Shown here piece by piece: positions 56,165-64,000 of a stretch of DNA of 64,000 nucleotides. The translations under genes were made by a program, and so were the position numbers. Origin of the DNA: Candidatus Marinacidobacterium sp. (GTDB lineage: Bacteria; Acidobacteriota; Vicinamibacteria; Marinacidobacterales; Marinacidobacteraceae); contig OZ244852.1 of the NCBI GenBank assembly GCA_965220965.1, positions 2,592,001-2,656,000 on the forward strand. The letters run 5' to 3'. The notes under the pieces were generated by a model that was given only the letters and a program-made list of their open reading frames with translations, did no database searches and had not been told where the DNA came from. Numbering within the stretch: the first letter of the stretch is position 1; each line of letters begins with the position of its first letter.

Positions 56165-58309
56165 ATGCCGCGCAAAGTCGCCCTCGCCGACACCCGGAAC
56201 ATCGGGATCATGGCGCACATTGACGCGGGCAAGACAACCACCACCGAGCGCATCCTCTACTACACCGGGATCACCTACAAGCTCGGTGAGGTCCATGAAG
56301 GGACCGCCACCATGGACTGGATGGAGCAGGAGCAGGAGCGGGGCATCACGATCACGTCGGCGGCGACGACCTGTTTCTGGAACGGGCGCCGGGTCAACAT
56401 CATCGACACCCCCGGCCATGTGGACTTCACGGCCGAGGTGGAGCGTTCCCTGCGCGTCCTCGACGGGGCGGTCGCGGTGTTCTGCGCCGTAGGCGGGGTG
56501 GAGCCGCAGTCGGAGACGGTCTGGCGTCAGGCCGACAAGTACCGGGTTCCCCGGGTCGCGTTCGTGAACAAGATGGATCGCGCCGGCGCCGACTTCGACC
56601 ACGTGGTCGGCCAGATCGAGGATCGCCTCGGGGCGCGCGCTGCGCCGATCCAGGCGCCCATCGGCGCGGAGGACTCCTTCGAGGGAGTCGTGGATCTGGT
56701 CCGGATGCGCGAGTTCCGGTACCTCGGCGACTCGCTCGGGGCCCGGTTCGAAGAGGGGCCGGTCGCCGCCGAGCGCGAGGAGTCGGCGCTGGTCGCCCGC
56801 GAGGCGCTGGTGGAGAAGATCTGCGAGTGCGATCTCGAGGCGCTCGCCGCCTGGGACGCCCGCGGGGATCTCACCGCCGACGAGTGCGAGGCCGCGCTTC
56901 GCCGCGCGACGCTGTCGCTGCAGCTCGTTCCGGTCCTGTGCGGCTCGGCCTTCCGGAACAAGGGGGTCCAGCCGCTGCTGGATGCGGTGGTGTCCTACCT
57001 CCCGGCCCCGACGGACGTGCCGCCGATGACCGGGACCCGGACGCCGGCGGGGCCCGGTCTGGGCGCCGCGGCGGCGACCGCGAACGGGACCGCGGAGAGC
57101 GCCGCCGACGCTGACGGCGTCGCCGAGGAGGTCCTGGTCCGGGAGGCGCGGGACGACGCCCCGTTCGCTGCGCTGGTCTTCAAGGTGATGGCGGACCCGT
57201 TCGTCGGACAGCTTTCGTTCTTCCGGGTCTACTCCGGGGTCCTCAAGGCCGGCGACACGGTTCTGAATTCCGCCCGCAACCGACGCTCGCGGGTCGGGCG
57301 GCTCCTCAAGGTCCACGCCAACAAGCGCGAGGAGATCAAGGAGGTCTACGCCGGCGACATCGCCGCCGCCGTCGGTCTCCGCAACTCGATGACCGGGGAG
57401 ACGATCTGTGACCCGGCCGCGCCCATCGTCCTCGAACCGATGGAGTTTCCCGAGCCGGTCATCTCGCGGGTCATCGAACCGTCCACCAAGGCGGACCAGG
57501 AAAAGCTCTCCGCCGCCCTCGGGAAACTGACCCACGAGGATCCGACCTTCCGGGTCACCACGGACGCCGAGACCGCCCAGACGATCATCAGCGGGATGGG
57601 GGAGCTTCACCTCGAGATCATCGTGGACCGTCTGCTCCGGGAGTTCCAGGTCGGCGCGGTGGTCGGTCAGCCGCGGGTGGCCTATCGCGAGGCGATCCGC
57701 TCGAGCACGCGCGCCGAGGGCCGTCACGTGCGGCAGACCGGCGGACGCGGGCAGTACGGCCACGTCCGCATCGAGGTCTCCCCGAACCACCAGGAGCCCT
57801 TCGAGTTCATCAACGGGATCGTCGGGGGCGCCGTCCCCCGGGAGTACATCCCGGCGGTCGAAGAGGGAGCGCGCGACGCGCTCGAGAATGGTCCGCTCGC
57901 CGGATTCCCGGTGACCGGAGTCACCGTCCGGCTCTACGACGGAACGTTCCATTCCGTGGACAGTTCGGAGATCGCGTTCCGCATCGCCGGTTCGCTGGCG
58001 GTGAAGGACGCGATCCGCCGCTGTTCGCCGGTGATTCTCGAACCCGTCATGAGGGTCGAGGTCGTCACTCCCGACGAATACACCGGCGAGGTCATGGGCG
58101 ACCTGTCCGCGCGGAGGGCGCGGATCACCGGACTCTCGGTCCGGGGGAACGCCCAGGTCATCGACGCCCGGGTTCCGCTCGCGGGGATGTTCGGATACGC
58201 CACCGACATCCGCTCGGCGACCCAGGGGCGCGCCACCTACACGATGCACTTCGGGTCCTACGAGGAGGCCCCGGAACCGGTCATGGCGGAGGTCATGGCC
58301 GGCGCCTGA
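56165..58309 (+). CDS. fusA: Elongation factor G
   Basis: [35 protein letters not shown]. Confidence 0.98.
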   Translation: MPRKVALADTRNIGIMAHIDAGKTTTTERILYYTGITYKLGEVHEGTATMDWMEQEQERGITITSAATTCFWNGRRVNIIDTPGHVDFTAEVERSLRVLDGAVAVFCAVGGVEPQSETVWRQADKYRVPRVAFVNKMDRAGADFDHVVGQIEDRLGARAAPIQAPIGAEDSFEGVVDLVRMREFRYLGDSLGARFEEGPVAAEREESALVAREALVEKICECDLEALAAWDARGDLTADECEAALRRATLSLQLVPVLCGSAFRNKGVQPLLDAVVSYLPAPTDVPPMTGTRTPAGPGLGAAAATANGTAESAADADGVAEEVLVREARDDAPFAALVFKVMADPFVGQLSFFRVYSGVLKAGDTVLNSARNRRSRVGRLLKVHANKREEIKEVYAGDIAAAVGLRNSMTGETICDPAAPIVLEPMEFPEPVISRVIEPSTKADQEKLSAALGKLTHEDPTFRVTTDAETAQTIISGMGELHLEIIVDRLLREFQVGAVVGQPRVAYREAIRSSTRAEGRHVRQTGGRGQYGHVRIEVSPNHQEPFEFINGIVGGAVPREYIPAVEEGARDALENGPLAGFPVTGVTVRLYDGTFHSVDSSEIAFRIAGSLAVKDAIRRCSPVILEPVMRVEVVTPDEYTGEVMGDLSARRARITGLSVRGNAQVIDARVPLAGMFGYATDIRSATQGRATYTMHFGSYEEAPEPVMAEVMAGA

Positions 58310-58373
58310 CCCGGGCGGGACACCATGTTCGACACCGGGCGGGAACGACGAGGTTCGTAACCGGAACGCCGCC

Positions 58374-58706
58374 ATGAACGAAAAGATCCGCATCCGTCTC
58401 AAGGCCTTCGACCACCAGCTTCTGGATCAGTCCGCCAGCGAGATCGTGGAGACGGCGAAGCGCACCGGGGCCATCGTGGCCGGTCCGATTCCGCTCCCGA
58501 CGGTGAAGAACCGCTACACCGTGCTGCGCTCGCCGCATGTGGACAAGAAGTCGCGGGAGCAGTTCGAGCTCCGCACCCACAAGCGGCTCCTCGACATCCT
58601 CGGCTCCACGCCCACCACGGTGGACGCCCTGTCGCGCCTCGACCTGCCCGCCGGGGTGCACGTCGAGATCAAGGCCATGGTCACCGGCGGCCCGGACGGC
58701 GCGTAG
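58374..58706 (+). CDS. rpsJ: 30S ribosomal protein uS10
   Basis: [29 protein letters not shown]. Confidence 0.98.
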   Translation: MNEKIRIRLKAFDHQLLDQSASEIVETAKRTGAIVAGPIPLPTVKNRYTVLRSPHVDKKSREQFELRTHKRLLDILGSTPTTVDALSRLDLPAGVHVEIKAMVTGGPDGA

Positions 58707-58730
58707 GACGGGTTCAGGGAGGACATCCGG

Positions 58731-59357
58731 ATGGACGGCTTGCTCGGCGTGAAGCTGGGAATGACCCAGCGGTTTTCGGACAACGGGACCGTTGTGCCGG
58801 TCACGTTGCTTCGCGTGGGCCCCTGCGTGGTTGTCCAGAAGAAGACTGCGGGGGCGGACGGTTACGACGCGGTGCAGGTCGGCCTCGAAGGGGCCGGCCC
58901 GCGCGCGCGGGGACGCTCCCGGGCGCAGTCGACCCGTCTCTCGGCGGCTGGCGTCGGCGGAGCGGTTTCCGCCCTGCGGGAGTTCCGGGCGGACGACGGC
59001 GAGGACGTCGAGGTCGGGGCGCGCCTGGGAGCGGGGGTGTTTTCCCCGGATGACCGGGTGTCGGTCAGCGGGGTCAGCAAGGGGCGCGGTTTTTCCGGGG
59101 TCATGCGCCGGCACGGGTTCCACGGCGGCCCGAAGTCGCATGGCTCCAAGTTCCACCGCGCGCCGGGAGCGATCGGGATGTGCGCCACGCCGTCGCGCGT
59201 CCTTCCGGGCACCCGGCTGCCCGGGCATTACGGGCAGGCGCGGGTGACCGTGCGGAATCTGCGGGTCGTCCAGGTGGACACCGACCAGAACCTCGTCGCG
59301 GTGCGGGGCGCCGTTCCCGGTCCTCGCGGCGGCCTCGTGGAGATCCGCAAGGCGTGA
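58731..59357 (+). CDS. rplC: 50S ribosomal protein uL3
   Basis: GVKLGMTQ, DGYDAVQ, SKGRGF.G, GAVPG. Confidence 0.97.
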   Translation: MDGLLGVKLGMTQRFSDNGTVVPVTLLRVGPCVVVQKKTAGADGYDAVQVGLEGAGPRARGRSRAQSTRLSAAGVGGAVSALREFRADDGEDVEVGARLGAGVFSPDDRVSVSGVSKGRGFSGVMRRHGFHGGPKSHGSKFHRAPGAIGMCATPSRVLPGTRLPGHYGQARVTVRNLRVVQVDTDQNLVAVRGAVPGPRGGLVEIRKA

Positions 59358-59376
59358 CCCGCAGGAGCTGGAGGCC

Positions 59377-60024
59377 ATGACCGAGCAGACCACCGCGCCA
59401 GCCGCCGTCCCTGTGCTCGGGGGCGGGGAGGCGGTCCTCGACCCGGGCGTGTTCGCCGCTCCGGTGAACCCCGCCCTCCATTACGACGCCGTCCGCCAGT
59501 ACCGGGCGGGCCTCCGCGCCGGAACCCACTCCACGAAGAACCGGGCGCGCGTCCGGGGCGGGGGCCGCAAGCCCTGGCGCCAGAAGGGCACCGGCAACGC
59601 CCGGACCGGGAGTCGCCGCAATCCGCTGTGGCGGGGCGGCGGGACGGTCTTCGGGCCGCTTCCGCGGGACTACAGCTACCGGTTGCCGGGGAAGATGCAG
59701 CGGGGGGCGTTGCGCTCCGCGCTCTCGCACCGGGCCGGGGAGGACAAGCTTCGGCTCTACGACGACTTCGGACTCGAAGCGCCTTCGACGCAGGCGCTCG
59801 TCCGGCGGCTCGCCGAGTGGGGTCTGGGGAACGAGCGCCTCCTCATCGTGGAGTCCGATCCCTCCGAGTCGCTGTGGCTCTCGGCGCGCAACCTCCCGAG
59901 GGTCGATGTCGTGACGGTGGCCGCGCTCCACGCCTATGACGTGCTCCGGGCCGGGGTCGTGCTGATCCGCAACGGATCGCTCGACGCGATCGGCGCCAAG
60001 CTCGCGGAAGCGGGAGGCCGGTGA
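59377..60024 (+). CDS. rplD: 50S ribosomal protein uL4
   Basis: [26 protein letters not shown]. Confidence 0.97.
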   Translation: MTEQTTAPAAVPVLGGGEAVLDPGVFAAPVNPALHYDAVRQYRAGLRAGTHSTKNRARVRGGGRKPWRQKGTGNARTGSRRNPLWRGGGTVFGPLPRDYSYRLPGKMQRGALRSALSHRAGEDKLRLYDDFGLEAPSTQALVRRLAEWGLGNERLLIVESDPSESLWLSARNLPRVDVVTVAALHAYDVLRAGVVLIRNGSLDAIGAKLAEAGGR

Positions 60025-60311
60025 TGGAACTCGACCGCGTGATCCTCGGGCCGCTGACCACCGAGAAGGCGGACCGGCTCCAGGAACAGCACAACGTGAT
60101 CTGTTTCCGGGTCCATCCCGACGCGAACAAGGTGCAGATCCGACGGGCGGTGGAGAGCCTCTTCGAGGTCGAGGTGAACGCCGTGCGGACCGCCCGGCGG
60201 CGCGGCAAGGAGAAGCGGTGGGGGCGTTTCGTCGGGCGCCGTCCGGACTGGAAGAAGGCCTTCGTCACGCTCGCCGAGGGGCACTCGGTCGAGATCTTCA
60301 AGGGCGTGTAG
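60024..60311 (+). CDS. rplW: 50S ribosomal protein uL23
   Basis: [25 protein letters not shown]. Confidence 0.96.
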   Translation: MELDRVILGPLTTEKADRLQEQHNVICFRVHPDANKVQIRRAVESLFEVEVNAVRTARRRGKEKRWGRFVGRRPDWKKAFVTLAEGHSVEIFKGV

Positions 60312-60318
60312 AGCCGTC

Positions 60319-61152
60319 ATGCCGATCAGGAAATCCCGACCGACCTCGCCGGGGCGCCGGTTCCACACCGTCCAGACCTTCGAGGAGCTGACGACCCGCC
60401 AGCCCGAGAAGTCCCTGACCCGGGGCAAGAAATCGAGCGGCGGCCGCAACGGCGGCGGGCGGATCACCGTCCGCTTCCGTGGCGGGGGCCACAAGCGGCG
60501 TCTGCGGGAAATCGATTTCCGCCGGGCCAAGCCCGGCGTTCCGGCGAAGGTCGCGACGATCGAGTACGACCCGAACCGGTCCGCCCGGATCGCGCTGCTT
60601 CACTACGCCGATGGAGAAAAGCGCTACATCCTCCACGCCGTCGGGATGAAGGTGGGCGACACCGTGGTGGCGAGCGACGCCGCCGAGATCCTTCCCGGCA
60701 ACATGCTCCGGATCGAGCGGATTCCGCTCGGGGCGACGATCCACAACGTGGAGCTCCGTCCCGGGGGCGGCGCCCGGCTGGCGCGGAGCGCGGGGGCCTT
60801 TGTGCAGCTCGTGGCCAAGGAGGGCCGTTACGCCCAGTTGCGGCTCCCCTCCGGCGAAGTGCGGCGCGTCCACCGGGAATGCCACGCCACCATCGGGCAG
60901 GTCTCGAACCTGGAACACGAGAACGTGAAGCTGGGGAAGGCGGGCCGCAAGCGCTGGCTTGGCCGGCGACCCCACAACCGCGGCGTCACGATGAACCCGG
61001 TGGATCACCCCCACGGCGGCGGAGAGGGCAAGAGCTCGGGGGGGCGCCATCCGGTCTCGCCCTGGGGCATGCCCACCAAGGGTTACAAGACCCGGAACAA
61101 CAAGCGCACCGACTGGGTGATCGTGCGCTCGCGCAAGCGGCGGCGGAAGTAG
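60319..61152 (+). CDS. rplB: 50S ribosomal protein uL2
   Basis: [21 protein letters not shown]. Confidence 0.98.
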   Translation: MPIRKSRPTSPGRRFHTVQTFEELTTRQPEKSLTRGKKSSGGRNGGGRITVRFRGGGHKRRLREIDFRRAKPGVPAKVATIEYDPNRSARIALLHYADGEKRYILHAVGMKVGDTVVASDAAEILPGNMLRIERIPLGATIHNVELRPGGGARLARSAGAFVQLVAKEGRYAQLRLPSGEVRRVHRECHATIGQVSNLEHENVKLGKAGRKRWLGRRPHNRGVTMNPVDHPHGGGEGKSSGGRHPVSPWGMPTKGYKTRNNKRTDWVIVRSRKRRRK

Positions 61153-61191
61153 GCGCGCGCCCGCCGGGAAGGCAACCAGGAGACCCATTCG

Positions 61192-61476
61192 ATGCCGCGT
61201 TCGGTTCAGAAAGGCCCGTACATCGAGGAGAGCCTCATCCGCAAGGTCGAAGACGCCCACCTGGCGCGCCGGCAGACGATCATCAAGACCTGGTCCCGAC
61301 GGTCCACGATCGTGCCGCAGATGGTGGGGCTCACCTTCGCCGTGCACAACGGCAAGAAGTTCATTCCGGTCTACGTCACCGACAACATGGTGGGCCACAA
61401 GCTGGGTGAGTTCTCGCCGACCCGCACCTTCAAGGGCCACAAGGTGAAGACCGAGCGGGCGAGGGGCAGGCGGTGA
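61192..61476 (+). CDS. rpsS: 30S ribosomal protein uS19
   Basis: [21 protein letters not shown]. Confidence 0.98.
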   Translation: MPRSVQKGPYIEESLIRKVEDAHLARRQTIIKTWSRRSTIVPQMVGLTFAVHNGKKFIPVYVTDNMVGHKLGEFSPTRTFKGHKVKTERARGRR

Positions 61477-61832
61477 TGGAAGCTGTCGCCCGCGCCCGCA
61501 ACGTCCCCGGTTCGGCCCAGAAGGCCCGCCTGGTGCTGGACCTGATCCGGAACCTTCCGGCGGCCGACGCCATCGCCGTCCTCCAGAACACGAACCGGGC
61601 GGTTGCGCCGGTCGTCGAGAAGGTGCTGCGGTCGGCGATCGCGAATGCGCAGAACCGGGCGCTGGCCGAGGCGAAGCGCATCGACGAGGACCAGCTCGTG
61701 GTCAGCGAGGCGGTCGCCGATGTGGGGCCGGCGCGCACGATCGCGCGCAGTGGCCGGCGCGCCCGGATCCGCCGGATCCGCCGGCGCACCACCCACTACA
61801 CGATCCGGGTCACCGCCCGCGAAGAGGATTAG
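61476..61832 (+). CDS. rplV: 50S ribosomal protein uL22
   Basis: [25 protein letters not shown]; position. Confidence 0.95.
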   Translation: MEAVARARNVPGSAQKARLVLDLIRNLPAADAIAVLQNTNRAVAPVVEKVLRSAIANAQNRALAEAKRIDEDQLVVSEAVADVGPARTIARSGRRARIRRIRRRTTHYTIRVTAREED

Positions 61833-61834
61833 GC

Positions 61835-62536
61835 ATGGGTCAGAAGGTCCACCCGTACGGGTTCCGCCTCGGGTACAGCAAGACCTGGCGCTCCCGCTGG
61901 TTCGCCGCCGGGAACTACCGGGACGCGCTGCACGAGGACTTGCGGCTGCGGCGGCTCCTGAAGCGACGCCTCTACCACGCGGGGATCTCCCGGGTCGAGA
62001 TCGAGCGCCCCGGCAACAAGCTGAACATCTACATCCACACCTCCCGCCCCGGCATCATCATCGGCCGGAAGGGGACCGAGGTCGAGAAGCTCACCCGGGA
62101 CCTGCGGAAGCGGACCGGAAAGGAAGTTCACATCCGGCCGCTGGAGGTCATCAAGCCCGAACTGGATCCGCAGCTCGTGGCCGAGTCGATCGCGCTTCAG
62201 CTCGAGAAGCGGATCGCCTTCCGCCGCGCGATGCGCAAGGCGGTGGAAAACACCATGCGCAACGGCGCCAAGGGCGTGCGCATCCGGTGCGCGGGACGGC
62301 TGAACGGCGCCGATATCGCCCGCTCCGAGTGGTACCTGGAGGGGCAGTTGCCGCTCCACACCCTGCGCGCGGACATCGAGTACGGCCTCGCGGAGGCGTT
62401 CACGACGTACGGGCAGATCGGCGTGAAGTGCTGGGTCTACCGCGGCGTCAGCGACCGTGTGGCCCGGCCCCGCGGCGAGCAGGATCCGGGGATCCCGGGT
62501 CGGCGGGAGGCTCCGAACCCGACGGCTGCGGCCTGA
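61835..62536 (+). CDS. rpsC: 30S ribosomal protein uS3
   Basis: [28 protein letters not shown]. Confidence 0.98.
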   Translation: MGQKVHPYGFRLGYSKTWRSRWFAAGNYRDALHEDLRLRRLLKRRLYHAGISRVEIERPGNKLNIYIHTSRPGIIIGRKGTEVEKLTRDLRKRTGKEVHIRPLEVIKPELDPQLVAESIALQLEKRIAFRRAMRKAVENTMRNGAKGVRIRCAGRLNGADIARSEWYLEGQLPLHTLRADIEYGLAEAFTTYGQIGVKCWVYRGVSDRVARPRGEQDPGIPGRREAPNPTAAA

Positions 62537-62560
62537 TCGAGGGACAGGAGGGACACGGCG

Positions 62561-62983
62561 ATGCTGATGCCGAAGAAGACGCGCTACCGCAAGCAGCAGC
62601 GCGGCCGCATGCGGGGCAAGTCCTGGACGGGCCAGACGGTGGCCTTCGGTGACTTCGGGCTCAAGACCCTCGAGCCGGGCTGGATCACGAACCGCCAGAT
62701 CGAATCGGCCCGGGTTGCGATGACCCGTTTCGTGCGTCGCACCGGCCGGGTCTGGATCCGGGTCTTCCCGGACAAGCCGGTCACCCGCAAGCCCCAGGAG
62801 ACCCGCATGGGCAAGGGAAAGGGCGGTCCCGAGGGCTGGGTGGCCGTCGTGCGCCCCGGGCGGATCCTCTTCGAGATGGAGGGCGTCTCCAGGGAGCAGG
62901 CCGCCGAGGCCATGCGACTGGCCGGGCACAAGCTGCCGGTTCGCACCCGTTTCGTCGGACGCTTCGAGGAGGAGACAGCGTGA
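62561..62983 (+). CDS. rplP: 50S ribosomal protein uL16
   Basis: QIESAR, RMGKGKG, KLP. Confidence 0.98.
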   Translation: MLMPKKTRYRKQQRGRMRGKSWTGQTVAFGDFGLKTLEPGWITNRQIESARVAMTRFVRRTGRVWIRVFPDKPVTRKPQETRMGKGKGGPEGWVAVVRPGRILFEMEGVSREQAAEAMRLAGHKLPVRTRFVGRFEEETA

Positions 62984-63207
62984 AGCCGGCTCAGGTTCGC
63001 GAACTCACCCACGAGGAGCTCGTGCGCAAGATGGAAGAGACCACCAGGGAGCTCTTCGACGCCCGGATCGAGGCGGCGACCGGCCAGCTCGGCCACACCC
63101 ACAAGGTGAAGCTGCTGCGGCGCCGGCGCGCCCGGTTCCAGACGATTCTTCGGGAGCGCGAGCTCCGGATCGACCGTGGCCCGGAGAAGGAGGGCGCGGC
63201 CGGCTGA
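62980..63207 (+). CDS. rpmC: 50S ribosomal protein uL29
   Basis: ELF..R...ATGQL...AR..TILRE; position. Confidence 0.93.
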   Translation: MKPAQVRELTHEELVRKMEETTRELFDARIEAATGQLGHTHKVKLLRRRRARFQTILRERELRIDRGPEKEGAAG

Positions 63208-63222
63208 GGCCGCGGGAGCAGC

Positions 63223-63468
63223 ATGCCGAAACTCATCAAGACCGGGACCGTCGTGTCGGACAAGGCGTCGAAGACCATCACGGTGCTCGTGGAGCGGCTG
63301 GTTGAGCATCCGCTCTACAAGCGCCGCTACAAGAAGTCCTCGCGGTTCTCGGTCCATGACGAGGCGAACGCGGCGTCGGTGGGCGACCGGGTTCAGATCG
63401 AGGAGTGTCGGCCGCGATCGCGCACCAAGCGGTTCCGGCTGCTGAAGATCCTGGAGCGGGCGTCATGA
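63223..63468 (+). CDS. rpsQ: 30S ribosomal protein uS17
   Basis: G.VVSDK..KT, HPLY, GD.V.I.ECRP. Confidence 0.96.
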   Translation: MPKLIKTGTVVSDKASKTITVLVERLVEHPLYKRRYKKSSRFSVHDEANAASVGDRVQIEECRPRSRTKRFRLLKILERAS

Positions 63469-63845
63469 TCCAGATGCAGTCGGTGCTGCAGGTCGCGGAC
63501 AATTCCGGGGCCCGTCGGGTCACCTGCATCCTTCCGGCGAAGCGCGCCTCCGGCGGCGGCGTTGGGCGGGTCGCCCGGCTTGGCGACGTCATCACCGCAT
63601 CGGTGCGCGAAGCCGCTCCGGGGAGCGCGGTCAAGAAGGGGACCGTGGTGCGCGCGGTCATCGTCCGCACCCGGAAGGAGCATCGCCGTCCGGACGGTTC
63701 TTACATCCGGTTCGGGGACAACGCGGCCGTGCTGGTGAACGATCAGAAGGAGCCGACCGGCACCCGGGTCTTCGGTCCGGTGGCGCGCGAGCTCCGGGAA
63801 CGCCAGTTCATGAAGATCGTCTCGCTGGCGCCGGAGGTGCTCTGA
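63465..63845 (+). CDS. rplN: 50S ribosomal protein uL14
   Basis: MIQ...[31 protein letters not shown]. Confidence 0.97.
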   Translation: MIQMQSVLQVADNSGARRVTCILPAKRASGGGVGRVARLGDVITASVREAAPGSAVKKGTVVRAVIVRTRKEHRRPDGSYIRFGDNAAVLVNDQKEPTGTRVFGPVARELRERQFMKIVSLAPEVL

Positions 63846-63846
63846 G

Positions 63847-64000
63847 ATGGGCCGCCGCTTCACGCCGCCGCCCCCGAGGCGGCTGCACGTCCGGAAGAAC
63901 GATCTCGTCCTGGTCGTGGCCGGAGCCGATGTCGGGAAGCGCGGCCGCGTGCTGCGCGTGTTTCGCGACACCGGCAGGGTCCTGGTCGAGGGCGTCCACA
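63847..64000 (+). CDS. rplX: 50S ribosomal protein uL24 (partial, runs off the window)
   Basis: [24 protein letters not shown]...VLVEGV KOW motif directly after rplN. Confidence 0.93.
   Translation, partial: MGRRFTPPPPRRLHVRKNDLVLVVAGADVGKRGRVLRVFRDTGRVLVEGVH

Noticed and set aside
58325-58360. Mini-[14 protein letters not shown] between fusA and rpsJ
   Set aside because: Too short, no similarity to tuf and no supporting evidence

Overview
High-GC bacterial chromosomal window, most likely Acidobacteriota (inferred from a Cys-rich insertion in RpoB and from gene order). About 27-64 kb is core genome: TPR, ispE, tRNA-Gln, prs, rplY, pth, rpsF, rpsR, rplI, dnaB, radA, ispDF, rlmB, a Thr-Tyr-Gly-Thr tRNA cluster with tuf, rpmG, tRNA-Trp, secE, nusG, rplKAJL, rpoBC, rpsL-rpsG-fusA and the S10 operon up to a partial rplX. 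About 10-27 kb holds metabolic genes (PQQ dehydrogenases, serine hydrolase, SelD fusion, dapF, Fic, LLM oxidoreductase, nth, thiSG, selA, purH) followed by a tandem multi-hairpin repeat. The first 10 kb is accessory. Its best candidate for an undescribed system is a three-AAA-domain ATPase translationally coupled to a PD-(D/E)XK-like protein whose three predicted catalytic residues are all substituted, followed by an in-frame 115-bp diverged copy of the ATPase 3' end and then an intact PD-(D/E)XK nuclease. A Schlafen/AlbA-ParA-RHH module lies nearby on the other strand. All calls come from reading motifs by eye; no database searches were run.
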